52,229 bases of DNA, from the IMG/VR virus record IMGVR_UViG_3300038406_000260, positions 1-52,229 of that record. One strand, given 5' to 3'. Below are positions 7,853-17,507 of the stretch, piece by piece. The position numbers were made by a program, and so were the translations under genes. The first letter of the stretch is position 1. Each line of letters begins with the position of its first letter. The DNA comes from a virus. Taxonomy: Duplodnaviria > Caudoviricetes. The notes beneath the pieces were generated by a model that was not told where the DNA came from, did not search any database, and saw only the letters and a list, made by a program, of their open reading frames with translations.

Positions 7853-8743
7853 TCATGCCGTCTTGGTCACGATGCCGGCGAACGTGACCTCGGTCGGGGT
7901 CGGACCCGCCGGCCCGGGTTCACCCCGGTCGCCCTTGGCGCCCGTTTTCCCGTCGGCGCCCGCCGGTCCGGCTGGCCCCGGTGGGCCGGGCTTGCCGGCG
8001 AACACCTCGGCCTGGATGGCGGTGGCCATCCACGCCGTGATGGAGTTGGACCCGCCGAGGTCGTGGTCGGCGCGGAACTTGTCGGCGGCCGCCTTGGTGG
8101 CCGGGCCGTACACCCCGTCGGCCGCGCCCGGGTCGTAGCCGGCGAGCTTCAGCATCCGCTGCCAGTACTCCACCACGGGTCCCTGATCACCCAGCTCCGG
8201 GAGCATGTCCCCTCCTGTCGTCTGCCCTAGCAGCACATCCCCCACCTGACTCATCCAGGTGCTGGCCACCTGCCGCCGGTCCAGCGTGGCATGGAGGTGC
8301 CAAAGGTGGCTGGCGTCGCTGGTGGCCGCCCGGTTGAGGATGTTGTTGTAGCCGTCCACGCGGGTGTCGCCGTCGAGGTTGCCGTACCACTCCCGCACGA
8401 CTTCGAGGCCGCCGACGCGGACCGCCCGGTCGAGCCGGGAGCAGATCTCGATCATCCGGGCGGTGCTGCCCGGGTTGAAGTCCAGGCCACAGATGTAGCG
8501 TGCCTCGGTGCCGGTCAGCCCGGGCTGGACGGTGTAGCTCCGGCTGGTGGCGTACCGGCTGTTGAGGATCCACTCCTGGGAGCGGTGCGCACCACTGAGG
8601 TGGAGGTTGTCGCCCTTGGTGCCGGCGGCCGCCAGCGGCCGGCCGTAGGCGCGGCACAGCCGCTCACCCAGCGCCCGCAGCGGGTCGGGGATGATCTCCC
8701 GCTCCCACCACGTCTCGGTCTGCAACTCGGCGTAGGTCGGCAT
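7853..8743 (-). CDS. Endolysin: putative Zn-peptidase domain, peptidoglycan-binding domain, collagen-like tail
   Basis: H...D...SHLWHLH; GDQGPVV..WQ..L...GYDPG.ADGVYGPAT; Gly-X-Y run. Confidence 0.75.
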   Translation of the reverse strand: MPTYAELQTETWWEREIIPDPLRALGERLCRAYGRPLAAAGTKGDNLHLSGAHRSQEWILNSRYATSRSYTVQPGLTGTEARYICGLDFNPGSTARMIEICSRLDRAVRVGGLEVVREWYGNLDGDTRVDGYNNILNRAATSDASHLWHLHATLDRRQVASTWMSQVGDVLLGQTTGGDMLPELGDQGPVVEYWQRMLKLAGYDPGAADGVYGPATKAAADKFRADHDLGGSNSITAWMATAIQAEVFAGKPGPPGPAGPAGADGKTGAKGDRGEPGPAGPTPTEVTFAGIVTKTA

Positions 8744-8746
8744 CGT

Positions 8747-9193
8747 TCACCCGCTGACGTAGTTCGCCCAGATGCTGGAGGGCTTGTTGGTACTGGCTTC
8801 CAGCCGGAGCTCGCCGGTGCCGGCCGCCCTCGTGCCGGTGACCACAATCGTCTTGTCCTCGGTGGCATCGGCTACGTAGTCGACCACCAGCGTCTCGGGT
8901 TCGCCCCGGGTCGACTGGAGGTCGTGGGTCAGCTCGAAGTTGCTCTCCTGCATGATGGCCCCCGAGACGCTATCCTGACGCAGGATCAGCCGCACGTCGT
9001 CGTTGTCGACCGTCGACGAGATGGTCACCCACGCCCAGACCTCGTACGTCCGGCCGACCACAGTCGGGAACACCAGGGTCATGATGACGGTCTCGGTGGT
9101 GTTGAAGGTCGCGGAGTCCGAGGTCACGGTCGTCTTGCCGATCCGTTCGCCCGGGATCCGTCCGGCTACCAGCTGCTGCCCTGCGCTGCTCAC
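8747..9193 (-). CDS. Minor tail / tail-tip protein
   Basis: Beta-rich; last gene of the tail module. Confidence 0.55.
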   Translation of the reverse strand: MSSAGQQLVAGRIPGERIGKTTVTSDSATFNTTETVIMTLVFPTVVGRTYEVWAWVTISSTVDNDDVRLILRQDSVSGAIMQESNFELTHDLQSTRGEPETLVVDYVADATEDKTIVVTGTRAAGTGELRLEASTNKPSSIWANYVSG

Positions 9194-9201
9194 GGGTTAC
9201 C

Positions 9202-11346
9202 TCACAGTCCGATGTACGCCCGGTGGTGGAACTCGATCGGCGCGCCCGACGCGTGCGACTTCACGATCCCGTTTTGCGACCGGCCCACGGTCAGGGTGCA
9301 CGTCCGCGTGGGGAAGGTTCCGGCCATCGCGGCGACCGCCGTGACGGTCATGACCTCCCCGCCGATCTTGATCGGGAAGTCGACCTCGTGTACCCAGTCC
9401 GGACCGGCGCCGCAGGTGATGTCCACCCCCGTCTCGGTGGTATCGAGCGCCTCGGCGAGGGTGGCGGAGTCCGACCCGATCACCCCCAGCTCGGCGTGCT
9501 CGACCTCGGCGATCCCGAACGGCGCGGCCGGCACCGTCACAAAGGTGATCTTGCGGGTGTGGGAGCCGATCGCCTCGGTCCACCCCAGCACCAGCAACTG
9601 GGCCAGATCCGGGCTCAGCTCCGGCGGCAGGTTCGCGATTGTGATCAGGTTGCCCAACTCGATCTGGTTGACCGCGCTCACCAGCCCGGGGGAGGCGACC
9701 AGGTCGACGGTCAGCCGCGGGAACCGGGTGCCGCCGACGGTGCCCAGCAGCAGCCGCCACCCCGCCGCATCGCCCAGCATCCCGTCGCCCATCACGTTCA
9801 CGACCACGCCGGTGGCCACCCGGCCGATCGCGACCACCCCGAGCGGCCCATCCTCGTCCACCGCCCGGGCGGAGTCACCATCCCGGCGGGTCACTGTCAC
9901 GTCGTTGCGGGTGCCCTGGTCGTCGATCGTCGGCTCCAGCGGCTGCGCCACGTCCCCGTCGGCATAGTCGAGCTCCAGCGCCGGGGTCTGGTTGTAGCGG
10001 GAGCGTCCGGTGTAGTAGGCGACGGTGCCACTCACCTGCCGGTGGTCGGTGACCACCCCGTCATCGGCGTCGGCCGCCTCCTTGATGATCACCATCAGCC
10101 CGTCCGGGTACTGAGGGCCGAGCGGCACGGTATCGGCCGCGACCCCCTCGTCCACGCTGAACGAGATGCCCTCCTCGTCGAGCACCCGGTCGATCCGCTC
10201 GGCGGCCGGCTCACCGGCGTGACCCTGGTAGGCCGCCAGGGTGTCCGCGAGCGCCGGGGGGGTGCCGGCCCACACCGCCAGGTCCGAGAACACCACCGTC
10301 CCCGGCTGGTCGGTGTACGCGACCACCCGGGCCGTAGCGACCTCCAGATCCACGAAGCTCGACGAGTCGGTCGAGGAGATCACCGCGGTACCGTCCACCG
10401 ACACCACATAGGTCAGCAGCCCGGTACCCGGGTTCACCGTCACGTCAGTGCGCACATGGTGCATCTGGCCGTCCGCGATGGACGGGAAGGGCACGGCCAC
10501 GAAGACCACCGCCGCCGGCCTGATCCACAGCCTGAGCTGCCAGTCCGGAATGGTCTCCCCCACGTCCATCAGGTTCAGCGTCTCCAAGGAGATCGACAGG
10601 TCACTGGCGAGCTGCTCTCCGGCCTCCAGCCGCACCATGTGCCCGGCCAACCGCGGCAGCCGGGCCTGGGGGAGCCGTAGCGCCACGTCGAACACCAGCC
10701 GTACGGGCACGCCGGTGGCCAACCGCGCCGTCGCCGGGGCGCCCGGGTCGTCCAACGCCACGTCCCCCCGCATAGTCGCAGCCGCGCCAAGCCACGGGGA
10801 CATCTCGTCGGTCCCCCAGCTCTGGTTGGGCAGCACCATCCGCATCGGGCCACCGCGCACCGCCGGCATCACCCGCGGGCCGCCGCCCCGCAGCGGCCAG
10901 TGGGCGACCAGGTTCGTCGCCCCAGCCCCTTTGGTCAGGTACCGGTACACGGTGTTCTGCAGCGGGTCGGCGCCCCGCCCAAGCCGGCGGGTCACGCCGG
11001 TGGCGACCACCTCGACCCACCGGAACGGCGGGATGTTCGGCCCGCCAAGCGTCTGCCGGGGTGTCCAGCTCGCCACCTCGCCGGTGAACCGGATCGGCCC
11101 GGACACCATGGCGATCTTGATGGTGGTGTTCCGGCCGATCAGCCCGTACAGGTCGGAGGTCGGGTTGTCCGGGAAGAACCGCCAGCCCTTGAAGCTGAGC
11201 GTCGCGGTCGACGGGACGGGCTGCTGTGTCCCGTCCGGCCGGCCGCGGGTGATCGAGATCTGGTCCCGTATCAGCACATCATCGGTGACGTCTGTGAACA
11301 CCCCGTCCAGGCGCAAACTCACCTGCACCGGCTGCTTGGCCACCAT
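9202..11346 (-). CDS. Minor tail (hub/baseplate) protein
   Basis: Follows tape measure; ISITRGR and RNDVTVTR motifs; start MVAKQPV. Confidence 0.75.
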   Translation of the reverse strand: MVAKQPVQVSLRLDGVFTDVTDDVLIRDQISITRGRPDGTQQPVPSTATLSFKGWRFFPDNPTSDLYGLIGRNTTIKIAMVSGPIRFTGEVASWTPRQTLGGPNIPPFRWVEVVATGVTRRLGRGADPLQNTVYRYLTKGAGATNLVAHWPLRGGGPRVMPAVRGGPMRMVLPNQSWGTDEMSPWLGAAATMRGDVALDDPGAPATARLATGVPVRLVFDVALRLPQARLPRLAGHMVRLEAGEQLASDLSISLETLNLMDVGETIPDWQLRLWIRPAAVVFVAVPFPSIADGQMHHVRTDVTVNPGTGLLTYVVSVDGTAVISSTDSSSFVDLEVATARVVAYTDQPGTVVFSDLAVWAGTPPALADTLAAYQGHAGEPAAERIDRVLDEEGISFSVDEGVAADTVPLGPQYPDGLMVIIKEAADADDGVVTDHRQVSGTVAYYTGRSRYNQTPALELDYADGDVAQPLEPTIDDQGTRNDVTVTRRDGDSARAVDEDGPLGVVAIGRVATGVVVNVMGDGMLGDAAGWRLLLGTVGGTRFPRLTVDLVASPGLVSAVNQIELGNLITIANLPPELSPDLAQLLVLGWTEAIGSHTRKITFVTVPAAPFGIAEVEHAELGVIGSDSATLAEALDTTETGVDITCGAGPDWVHEVDFPIKIGGEVMTVTAVAAMAGTFPTRTCTLTVGRSQNGIVKSHASGAPIEFHHRAYIGL

Positions 11347-11347
11347 C

Positions 11348-13258
11348 TCAGCCTCCGGCGCCAAGCACAAGCTGAACGTTGCCGCCGCGAGCGCCGACAG
11401 CGCGAGCGATCGTCTCCACCAGCAGGTCATCCCACCTGCTCCCCCCCGAGCGGATCTCCACCACCACCGGGCCGGACTGCCCACCGCCTGACGCCGAGCC
11501 GCCGGGGGTGAGGTTAGCCAGCAGCGCCCGGTTGGACTGCGCGGTCGGGCGGTCCACCACCCACTCACCGGCCGTCAGCATCGCCGGCACCCGGTCGACA
11601 CCGGTGAACGGCCCCGGCACCTCCCCGCCGTGCTGGCCGAAGAAGACGCTCTGGCTGCCACCGCCGATCGCCGTGGGCGGCGCCCCGCTGGTGGTGAACC
11701 GGGTGTGAACGTTGATATCCACCTTGGAGTGGATCTTATCCAGTTGGTCGTTGATGTTCTGGCGAAACCGCTTGAAGTCGTCTTGCAGCCCCCGGAGCTG
11801 GTCGCCCAGTCCGGGCACCCACCCGAAGGCGAACACGGCCGCGCCCAGCGTGACCTCCGCCCAGCTCAACACCGCCCCGGACAACACCCGGAACACGTCG
11901 ACCTGGAAGTCCTTCCAGGCGCTGGCGGCATCGGTCATGATCCGGATGTTGTTGATCCAGAACCCGGCCAGGTTGCCCAGCGCCGTGATCGCCAGCAGAG
12001 CCATCTCCTGGTTCTCTGCGCCGACCTTCCCGCTGGACTCACGCCACCGCTCCAGCGCCGGGTTGATGTCCTCGTCCACCGCCTTCTTCGCCGCGTCGGC
12101 CATCTCACCGAACCGCTCGCCGGCGTCGGTGGACTCGTCGCCGATCTGCTCGAACCAGTCGAGCACGCCCTCAAGGGCGGGCGCCAGCTTCTCACCGAGG
12201 CTCAGCTTAAGGTCATCGATGCGGACCTTGAGCTTGTCCCACGACCGGCCGATCCCCTCGTCCATCCGGCCGAACGCCTCGTCGGTGGCGCCGGAGGACT
12301 CGGCCATCTCGCCCAGCGCCGAGTTGAAGGCGGCCGCCCCGGACTCGCTAGTCAACGCCAGCGCCGCGTTGCCGGCCTCGACGCTGCCGAACAGGTTGCT
12401 CAGGCTGGTATTGCCATCCTCGGCGTGTTCGGCCATCAGCGCGAGAGCATCCTGGACCGAACCGCCGTCCCGGACGAAGTTGGCGAAGCTCTTACCCGAC
12501 AGGTCCTCGAAGGTGGCGGCAGCCTTGCCGCCCTCCTTGTTCAACTCAACGAGCAGCTGCCGCAGCTGGGTGGTGGCCACCGCGGTGGGGACACCCTGGA
12601 CGGTCATGGCGGCCAGCGCGGCGGTCACCGTCTCGAACCCGACCCCCAGCGCCGCCGCGGTGGGGACCACCTGGAACAGCGAGGTGGACAGCTCACCGAC
12701 GGTCGTCTTGCCCAGCTTGACCGCGGTGAAGAACAGGTCCGAGGCCTTCTCCGCGCTCAGATTCTCCTTGCCGTACGCGTTCGTGACGCTGGTGAGCCCG
12801 TCGACCGCGGTCTCCAGCGTGGTCACCCCGCCGATGCTCAGCTTGGCCGCGGAGGTCAGGAAGTCGAACACGTTCTCCGGCGGGACACCCGACGAGATGG
12901 CCTGGTAGAGCGCCGGCACCGCGTCCGTCGTGGCGACACCCATCTCCTTGGTGAATGTCCGCACGTCGTCCTGCATGGAAGCGAACCCCGCCGCCGACAG
13001 GTCGGGCAGCAGGGTCCACACCTCGCGCATGCTGGTATCGAAGGCGGCGAACTGCCGCACGCTGTCCACCACAAAATCCTTGACCGCGCGGGCTGCGTTG
13101 CCGAGCTGGTTGAGCGCGAAGTTGGTGACCGCCGCGCTCATCCCGGCGAACGCCCCGACGGTCGAGGCCTTCAGGTTGCCGAAGGACTTGCCGATCCGCT
13201 TGGCCGTGTCGCTGGCCCGGTCCCGGGCGATGATGTCGAACGCGAGCGGCTCAGCCAT
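11348..13258 (-). CDS. Tape measure protein (TP901-like)
   Basis: AVKLGKTTVGEL and LFGSVEAG motifs; Ala-rich helical; GGEVPG..DRVPAMLTAGEWV end. Confidence 0.92.
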   Translation of the reverse strand: MAEPLAFDIIARDRASDTAKRIGKSFGNLKASTVGAFAGMSAAVTNFALNQLGNAARAVKDFVVDSVRQFAAFDTSMREVWTLLPDLSAAGFASMQDDVRTFTKEMGVATTDAVPALYQAISSGVPPENVFDFLTSAAKLSIGGVTTLETAVDGLTSVTNAYGKENLSAEKASDLFFTAVKLGKTTVGELSTSLFQVVPTAAALGVGFETVTAALAAMTVQGVPTAVATTQLRQLLVELNKEGGKAAATFEDLSGKSFANFVRDGGSVQDALALMAEHAEDGNTSLSNLFGSVEAGNAALALTSESGAAAFNSALGEMAESSGATDEAFGRMDEGIGRSWDKLKVRIDDLKLSLGEKLAPALEGVLDWFEQIGDESTDAGERFGEMADAAKKAVDEDINPALERWRESSGKVGAENQEMALLAITALGNLAGFWINNIRIMTDAASAWKDFQVDVFRVLSGAVLSWAEVTLGAAVFAFGWVPGLGDQLRGLQDDFKRFRQNINDQLDKIHSKVDINVHTRFTTSGAPPTAIGGGSQSVFFGQHGGEVPGPFTGVDRVPAMLTAGEWVVDRPTAQSNRALLANLTPGGSASGGGQSGPVVVEIRSGGSRWDDLLVETIARAVGARGGNVQLVLGAGG

Positions 13259-13819
13259 GGCTCACCGCCCCCCTGTCCGATCGGGCCTCGTTCCACTCGG
13301 CGACCCACTCCGCCCGGCGGCGGAACTGGCCCAGCGTCAGCCGGCGCACATCCCACGGCGTCAGCCGGATCAGCAGCTGCATCGGCAGGTCGTAGCTGTC
13401 GATCAGCTCGCGGATCGACGGCGGGGGGCCGCCCCGGAGGAGTTCGCGGAGCGCTGGCGGGACGCCGTCCTCCTCGTCGCCCGGTTCGGCGCCGGGCTCG
13501 CCCCGTTTCCCTCGGCGTCCGGCACGTAGGCGAACTGCGCGGCCAGCACGTTGGGAGCGAACTCGGCGAAGTCGGCCGTCGGGTCGCCGGCCACCCGGAC
13601 CGCCAGCCACATGAACGCGCGGATGGCCTTCAACTCCATGCCGCCGAGCCGGTCCAGCCAGTCGCCCAGCACCCGCATCCCGGTGGCGCCCTCGAACTCC
13701 TCCAGCAGCGCCATCGGCACCTGGCCCAGACCGTCGGGGGAGCAGTCCAACTCGTAGGTCCCAGCGCCAAAGACCGCCCGGTCCGGCTCGGCGAACTGGA
13801 AGCGGAACAGGTACCTCAC
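13251..13819 (-). CDS. Tail assembly chaperone G (13403-13819) and -1 frameshifted G-T form ending at 13251
   Basis: Slippery GGGAAAC at 13505-13511 joins the frame reading EGN to the frame reading GKRGEP; lies just before tape measure. Confidence 0.8.
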
Positions 13820-14283
13820 CGGATCGCTGCCCGGATCGCGTCGTGCACCTGCCCGATCGCCTCCAGCATCTCGTCCCGCACCGCGTCTGCCTCGCCCTCC
13901 ATCGGCTCGGTGAAGAAGCCCGGCCGGATGTCCTGGGTGAACCAGTGCTCCCGGTCGGCGAACAGGGGGTGGGCGAGCTGGCCGGCCTCGAGCCTCTTGA
14001 CGCTCCGCTTCACGCCGCCCTTGGTGCGGGAGATGATGCGGATGGCCGGATCCCGGCCGCCGGTCTTGATCTGCGTACGCGGCGCGTGGGAGGCCTGGAG
14101 CAGAGCCGCGTAGCCGCCACGTCCGGGCATGTAGTCCGGGATGGACTCCTGGACCGCCCGGCGCAGCGGCTTGGCCGCCCGGTTCAACCCGCGGAACAGC
14201 TCACGCCGGTAGTGCTTCTCGGCGCCCCGGAGCGCCCGACCCGCCTGCTCCAGCACCTCCACGTTGCGCAGCTCGATGCCCAC
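13816..14283 (-). CDS. HK97 gp10-like tail completion protein
   Basis: LAHPLF..REHWFTQDIRPGFF; position in tail module. Confidence 0.6.
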   Translation of the reverse strand: MGIELRNVEVLEQAGRALRGAEKHYRRELFRGLNRAAKPLRRAVQESIPDYMPGRGGYAALLQASHAPRTQIKTGGRDPAIRIISRTKGGVKRSVKRLEAGQLAHPLFADREHWFTQDIRPGFFTEPMEGEADAVRDEMLEAIGQVHDAIRAAIR

Positions 14284-14678
14284 TACCCGACCTTCTGGAT
14301 CGCGCTGGCCGCGTTCCAGCTCGCGCTGATAGCCACCGCACCGCTGACCGCACCGTTGACGCTCATGTCCGGCAGGATCGTCCCGAACCAGTACTGCGCG
14401 TTGAGAGTGCTGGGGTACAGGTAGAACTTGCGCGCGATCCCGTCGGTGGCCGCGGTGTAGGTCTGCACCGTGGCGTCGTCGTAGAAACCGGCGAAGTCGC
14501 CGCTGGCGTCCGGCAGGCCCGCGACGTAGACCTTGTTATCGTCGCCGAATGTCGTAGTGTCGATCTTCTCGGTCGCGAAGGAGATCGACCAGCTGTTCAG
14601 GAACGCCACCGGCTCAGCGGTGCCGCCGGATGCCAATGCCAGGTACACGCGTCCCCGGCGGCCATGGATACGTGCCAC
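14283..14678 (-). CDS. Major tail tube protein
   Basis: SWSIS....IDTTTFGD..KVYVAGLPDASG; GTG overlaps upstream stop. Confidence 0.8.
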   Translation of the reverse strand: MARIHGRRGRVYLALASGGTAEPVAFLNSWSISFATEKIDTTTFGDDNKVYVAGLPDASGDFAGFYDDATVQTYTAATDGIARKFYLYPSTLNAQYWFGTILPDMSVNGAVSGAVAISASWNAASAIQKVG

Positions 14679-15706
14679 TATCTCACTCCCTCTAACAGGC
14701 GCAGCATGCGCGCTGCGTTGTCCGCGAACGTGCGGTCGGCGACCGCCTGACGGGCCTCGGCTGCCGCCGCCGCCCGGAGATCCTCGTGTGCCAGCCACCA
14801 CCGGGCCAGATCGCCCGCCTCGGCCGGCGAGCCGAACGCGGGCAGCATCGGCAGCAGCTCATCACCCTCGCCGCGCGGCTCCCGCAGGAACGGCAGGCCG
14901 ACCGCCGCCATCTCCACCTCACGCGGACCGCAAGCCCAGCCGGCCGCCGAGTCCCCGTCCTCGGTCTCCTGGCGGTACAGGTTCAGCCCGATCTTGGCCG
15001 AGCGGTAGATCCGCACCGCCTCTGCGTTGTCCAGGCACTCGGCGATGTCGTGGCCCACATGCTTACGCAGCGGCGAGTCCTTGGCCAGCCGCTGCCAGTT
15101 GCCGGCCAGCAGCAGATCCAGCCCGGTACGGTCCATCGCCTCGAAGAAGGCGATCCGCGATTCGAAGCCGGTGCCGACGAACGCCAGGTCCGCGGCCAGG
15201 TGCGGCTCGGCCGGGCCGGGGCAGTGCACCGTCGGGCGGTAGGCGTGCGGCAGGTAGTGGGCCGGGGCCAGCTCCCGGTACCGGTCGATGCTCACCGGGT
15301 CGTTGAGCAGGTTCAGGTCGGCGTGCGCGGCCACGGCAAGCTGCCGGGTGTCCTCGTATGGCGTCTCGGTGTGCAGCACCACCACCCGGGTCCGGTAGCG
15401 GCGGGCCAAGTCCAGCAACTGGACCGGCACCAGAAACGCCGAGACCACCAGCAACACGTCGGGCCGGGTCTTGTACAGGCAGGAGTACAGGCCGTTGACC
15501 GCCAACTCGACTGCGGTCTCCTGCGGGATGGCCTTGCGGAACTGACCCTCGGCGATGTTGAAGTAGGCGCCGTCGTAGAAGACCAGCCGATCATGCAGAT
15601 TGAACGGGATCACCCGGTGGCCGAGCTGTTCGAGCGCCTCCACCCACCCGGCGTACACGTCGGCCACGGAGAAAGACGGGCCAGGATGGCAGACCACGAA
15701 CCGCAT
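14678..15706 (-). CDS. GT-B glycosyltransferase (CgeB / Glyco_trans_1_2-like)
   Basis: ETPYED, DLAFVGT, IYRSAKIGLN, PREVEMAA, RTF.DNA motifs; start MRFVVCHPG. Confidence 0.85.
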   Translation of the reverse strand: MRFVVCHPGPSFSVADVYAGWVEALEQLGHRVIPFNLHDRLVFYDGAYFNIAEGQFRKAIPQETAVELAVNGLYSCLYKTRPDVLLVVSAFLVPVQLLDLARRYRTRVVVLHTETPYEDTRQLAVAAHADLNLLNDPVSIDRYRELAPAHYLPHAYRPTVHCPGPAEPHLAADLAFVGTGFESRIAFFEAMDRTGLDLLLAGNWQRLAKDSPLRKHVGHDIAECLDNAEAVRIYRSAKIGLNLYRQETEDGDSAAGWACGPREVEMAAVGLPFLREPRGEGDELLPMLPAFGSPAEAGDLARWWLAHEDLRAAAAAEARQAVADRTFADNAARMLRLLEGVR

Positions 15707-16200
15707 CAGCCGACCGCCAAGCTGTCGAACAGCGCCACGGTGGCCCGGTCCGAGGCGTAAAGCTGGCCTTTCCGCACGCCGTACCCGTAGCCCAGCGGCA
15801 AGGCCCAGGCCGCGAACGCCTCGGCGAACGCCTCGAACCGGTCGGTCGCGGCGTAGTCGCCAACCGGCTCGGCCCGGTGCGCGAACCCGAGCGACGCGTC
15901 CAGCACGTGACCCAGCTCGTGCACCAACACCGGCAACCCCAGTGAGGCCGGGCGCCCCGGCAAGACGACGGTGGTGCGGCGGTTCGTCCGGGCAGTCCCG
16001 GTCTGGTGGAACTCGTAGGCGACATGCGCGGTGCTGCGGTACGAGCGGCCGAACGACGCGCCCTCGTAGCGATGTAGTCCCGCGAACACCGGGTCCACCC
16101 CGCACAGGAAGTGCGGCCGGATCAGCCGGTGCATGCCCGCGGGGATCAGCGAATACGCCGCCTCGATCGGAGCCCGGTACCGGTGGGCAACGCGCTCCAT
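15706..16200 (-). CDS. Zincin metallopeptidase-like protein
   Basis: VLVHELGHVLD plus YAATDRFEAFAEAF; TGATG coupling on both sides. Confidence 0.7.
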   Translation of the reverse strand: MERVAHRYRAPIEAAYSLIPAGMHRLIRPHFLCGVDPVFAGLHRYEGASFGRSYRSTAHVAYEFHQTGTARTNRRTTVVLPGRPASLGLPVLVHELGHVLDASLGFAHRAEPVGDYAATDRFEAFAEAFAAWALPLGYGYGVRKGQLYASDRATVALFDSLAVG

Positions 16201-16595
16201 CAGCCGACCTCGACAACCACGTCCGCCGCCAAGTACTTGATCCCCGCCCACTCGACGATCCGGTCGCGGCCCACTGAGACGGCCGTCGCGAAATCCACCA
16301 CCCCGCCGAGCGTCGGGTCACCGTCGATGGCCAGCCGGATCGACGAGGCGCCCTCGCCAGCCAGGTAGGCGTCGAGCTTGACCTGGCTGCTCGGGTCCTC
16401 CGGGTGCTCCACCATCACCGTCACCGCGAACGTCAGGTCGTCGGAGTCGGTGGAGGTGTCGAAGGCGGTGGAGCGGCGGGACACCACCGCCGCCGGCGCG
16501 TTGACGTTAGCCGGCATGCCGGCGTGCGCGCGTAGCCCGACGATCGTGTCCAGCCGGACCTTGATCGCCTCGCGGATCTGCTGAACGGTGGCCAT
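16200..16595 (-). CDS. Tail terminator / head-tail joining protein
   Basis: QIREAIKVRL...AIDGDPTLGG; position. Confidence 0.65.
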   Translation of the reverse strand: MATVQQIREAIKVRLDTIVGLRAHAGMPANVNAPAAVVSRRSTAFDTSTDSDDLTFAVTVMVEHPEDPSSQVKLDAYLAGEGASSIRLAIDGDPTLGGVVDFATAVSVGRDRIVEWAGIKYLAADVVVEVG

Positions 16596-17506
16596 CAGGC
16601 CATCAACACCGGGTAGCGCTGGTACGGCCGGATCAGGTCCCGGGCGAACGGGTTACGCCGCAACACCTGGACGGCCATCTCGTCGAATCCCATCTGGGCC
16701 TCGAAGGTGGACTTGGACCGGAAGATCTCAGCGGCGGTGATCAGCGCCGACTGCTTCACGCCGTAGGGCACGGCCGGCCAGCCGAACACGCCGGTTATCT
16801 GCACCCGGTCGTCGCGCGCCAGCGCGCCGTGCGGCAGCGGGAAGGTCCGGGCCAGCGCCTTCACCTCGGTGTACGGCCTGCGCTCGGGGGCGGCCGCCGG
16901 GTTGACCGGCAGCAGCTGGTAGTCGGTGGCGGCCCAGGTGGTCCCGAACGTCCCGTCGCCGCCCGCGTCGGTCTTCAGTGTGGCAACCGACACCAGGTCG
17001 TTGAAGGCGCCCAGCTTCAGACAGTAGAGGTTGCTGGGTGGGAAGGTGCGGACCTCGGCCGCGGTGGTCCGCCAGAACAGCCGCTGGCAGTAGTTCTCGA
17101 TCGCGCGGCTAGCGGCGAAGCACGCCATGTGCAGCTCGAAGCCTTCGGCGGTGTCAGTAGCGTCCCTCCCCAGCCGTGACCTGAGCGACTCCACGGTGGC
17201 GTAGAGCCGGCCGAGCGTGGCATCCAGCACGTCCCAGGTGCCGGCCTCGGCGTCCACCACCGTGCCGGTGCCGGTCCACTCGTAGGCCCACGTGCCGGCG
17301 AGGTTGCAGGCGATGTCCTTGGTGTACACGCCGGCGCTGGTGCGGGTGATCTCCAGGGCGGCGAAGGTGTACGTGACCACGGCGCCCTCGGGGTCGGTGA
17401 CGGTCAAGCTGATCGTGGTCGGGTCGGTCGGGGTGCCGGCCAGGTCGAACGTGTTGGTCAGCGTCGCCAGCTCGGATGTCGACTCGAAGAAGATCAGCGC
17501 TGCCAC
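16595..17506 (-). CDS. Head-tail adaptor fused to an N-terminal Ig-like domain
   Basis: C-part YATVESL...AASRAIENYC.R.F...GVFGWPAVP..VKQ; N-part PTDPTTISLTVTDPEG..AGVY..AGTW.YEW. Confidence 0.75.
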   Translation of the reverse strand: MAALIFFESTSELATLTNTFDLAGTPTDPTTISLTVTDPEGAVVTYTFAALEITRTSAGVYTKDIACNLAGTWAYEWTGTGTVVDAEAGTWDVLDATLGRLYATVESLRSRLGRDATDTAEGFELHMACFAASRAIENYCQRLFWRTTAAEVRTFPPSNLYCLKLGAFNDLVSVATLKTDAGGDGTFGTTWAATDYQLLPVNPAAAPERRPYTEVKALARTFPLPHGALARDDRVQITGVFGWPAVPYGVKQSALITAAEIFRSKSTFEAQMGFDEMAVQVLRRNPFARDLIRPYQRYPVLMA

Positions 17507-17507
17507 G

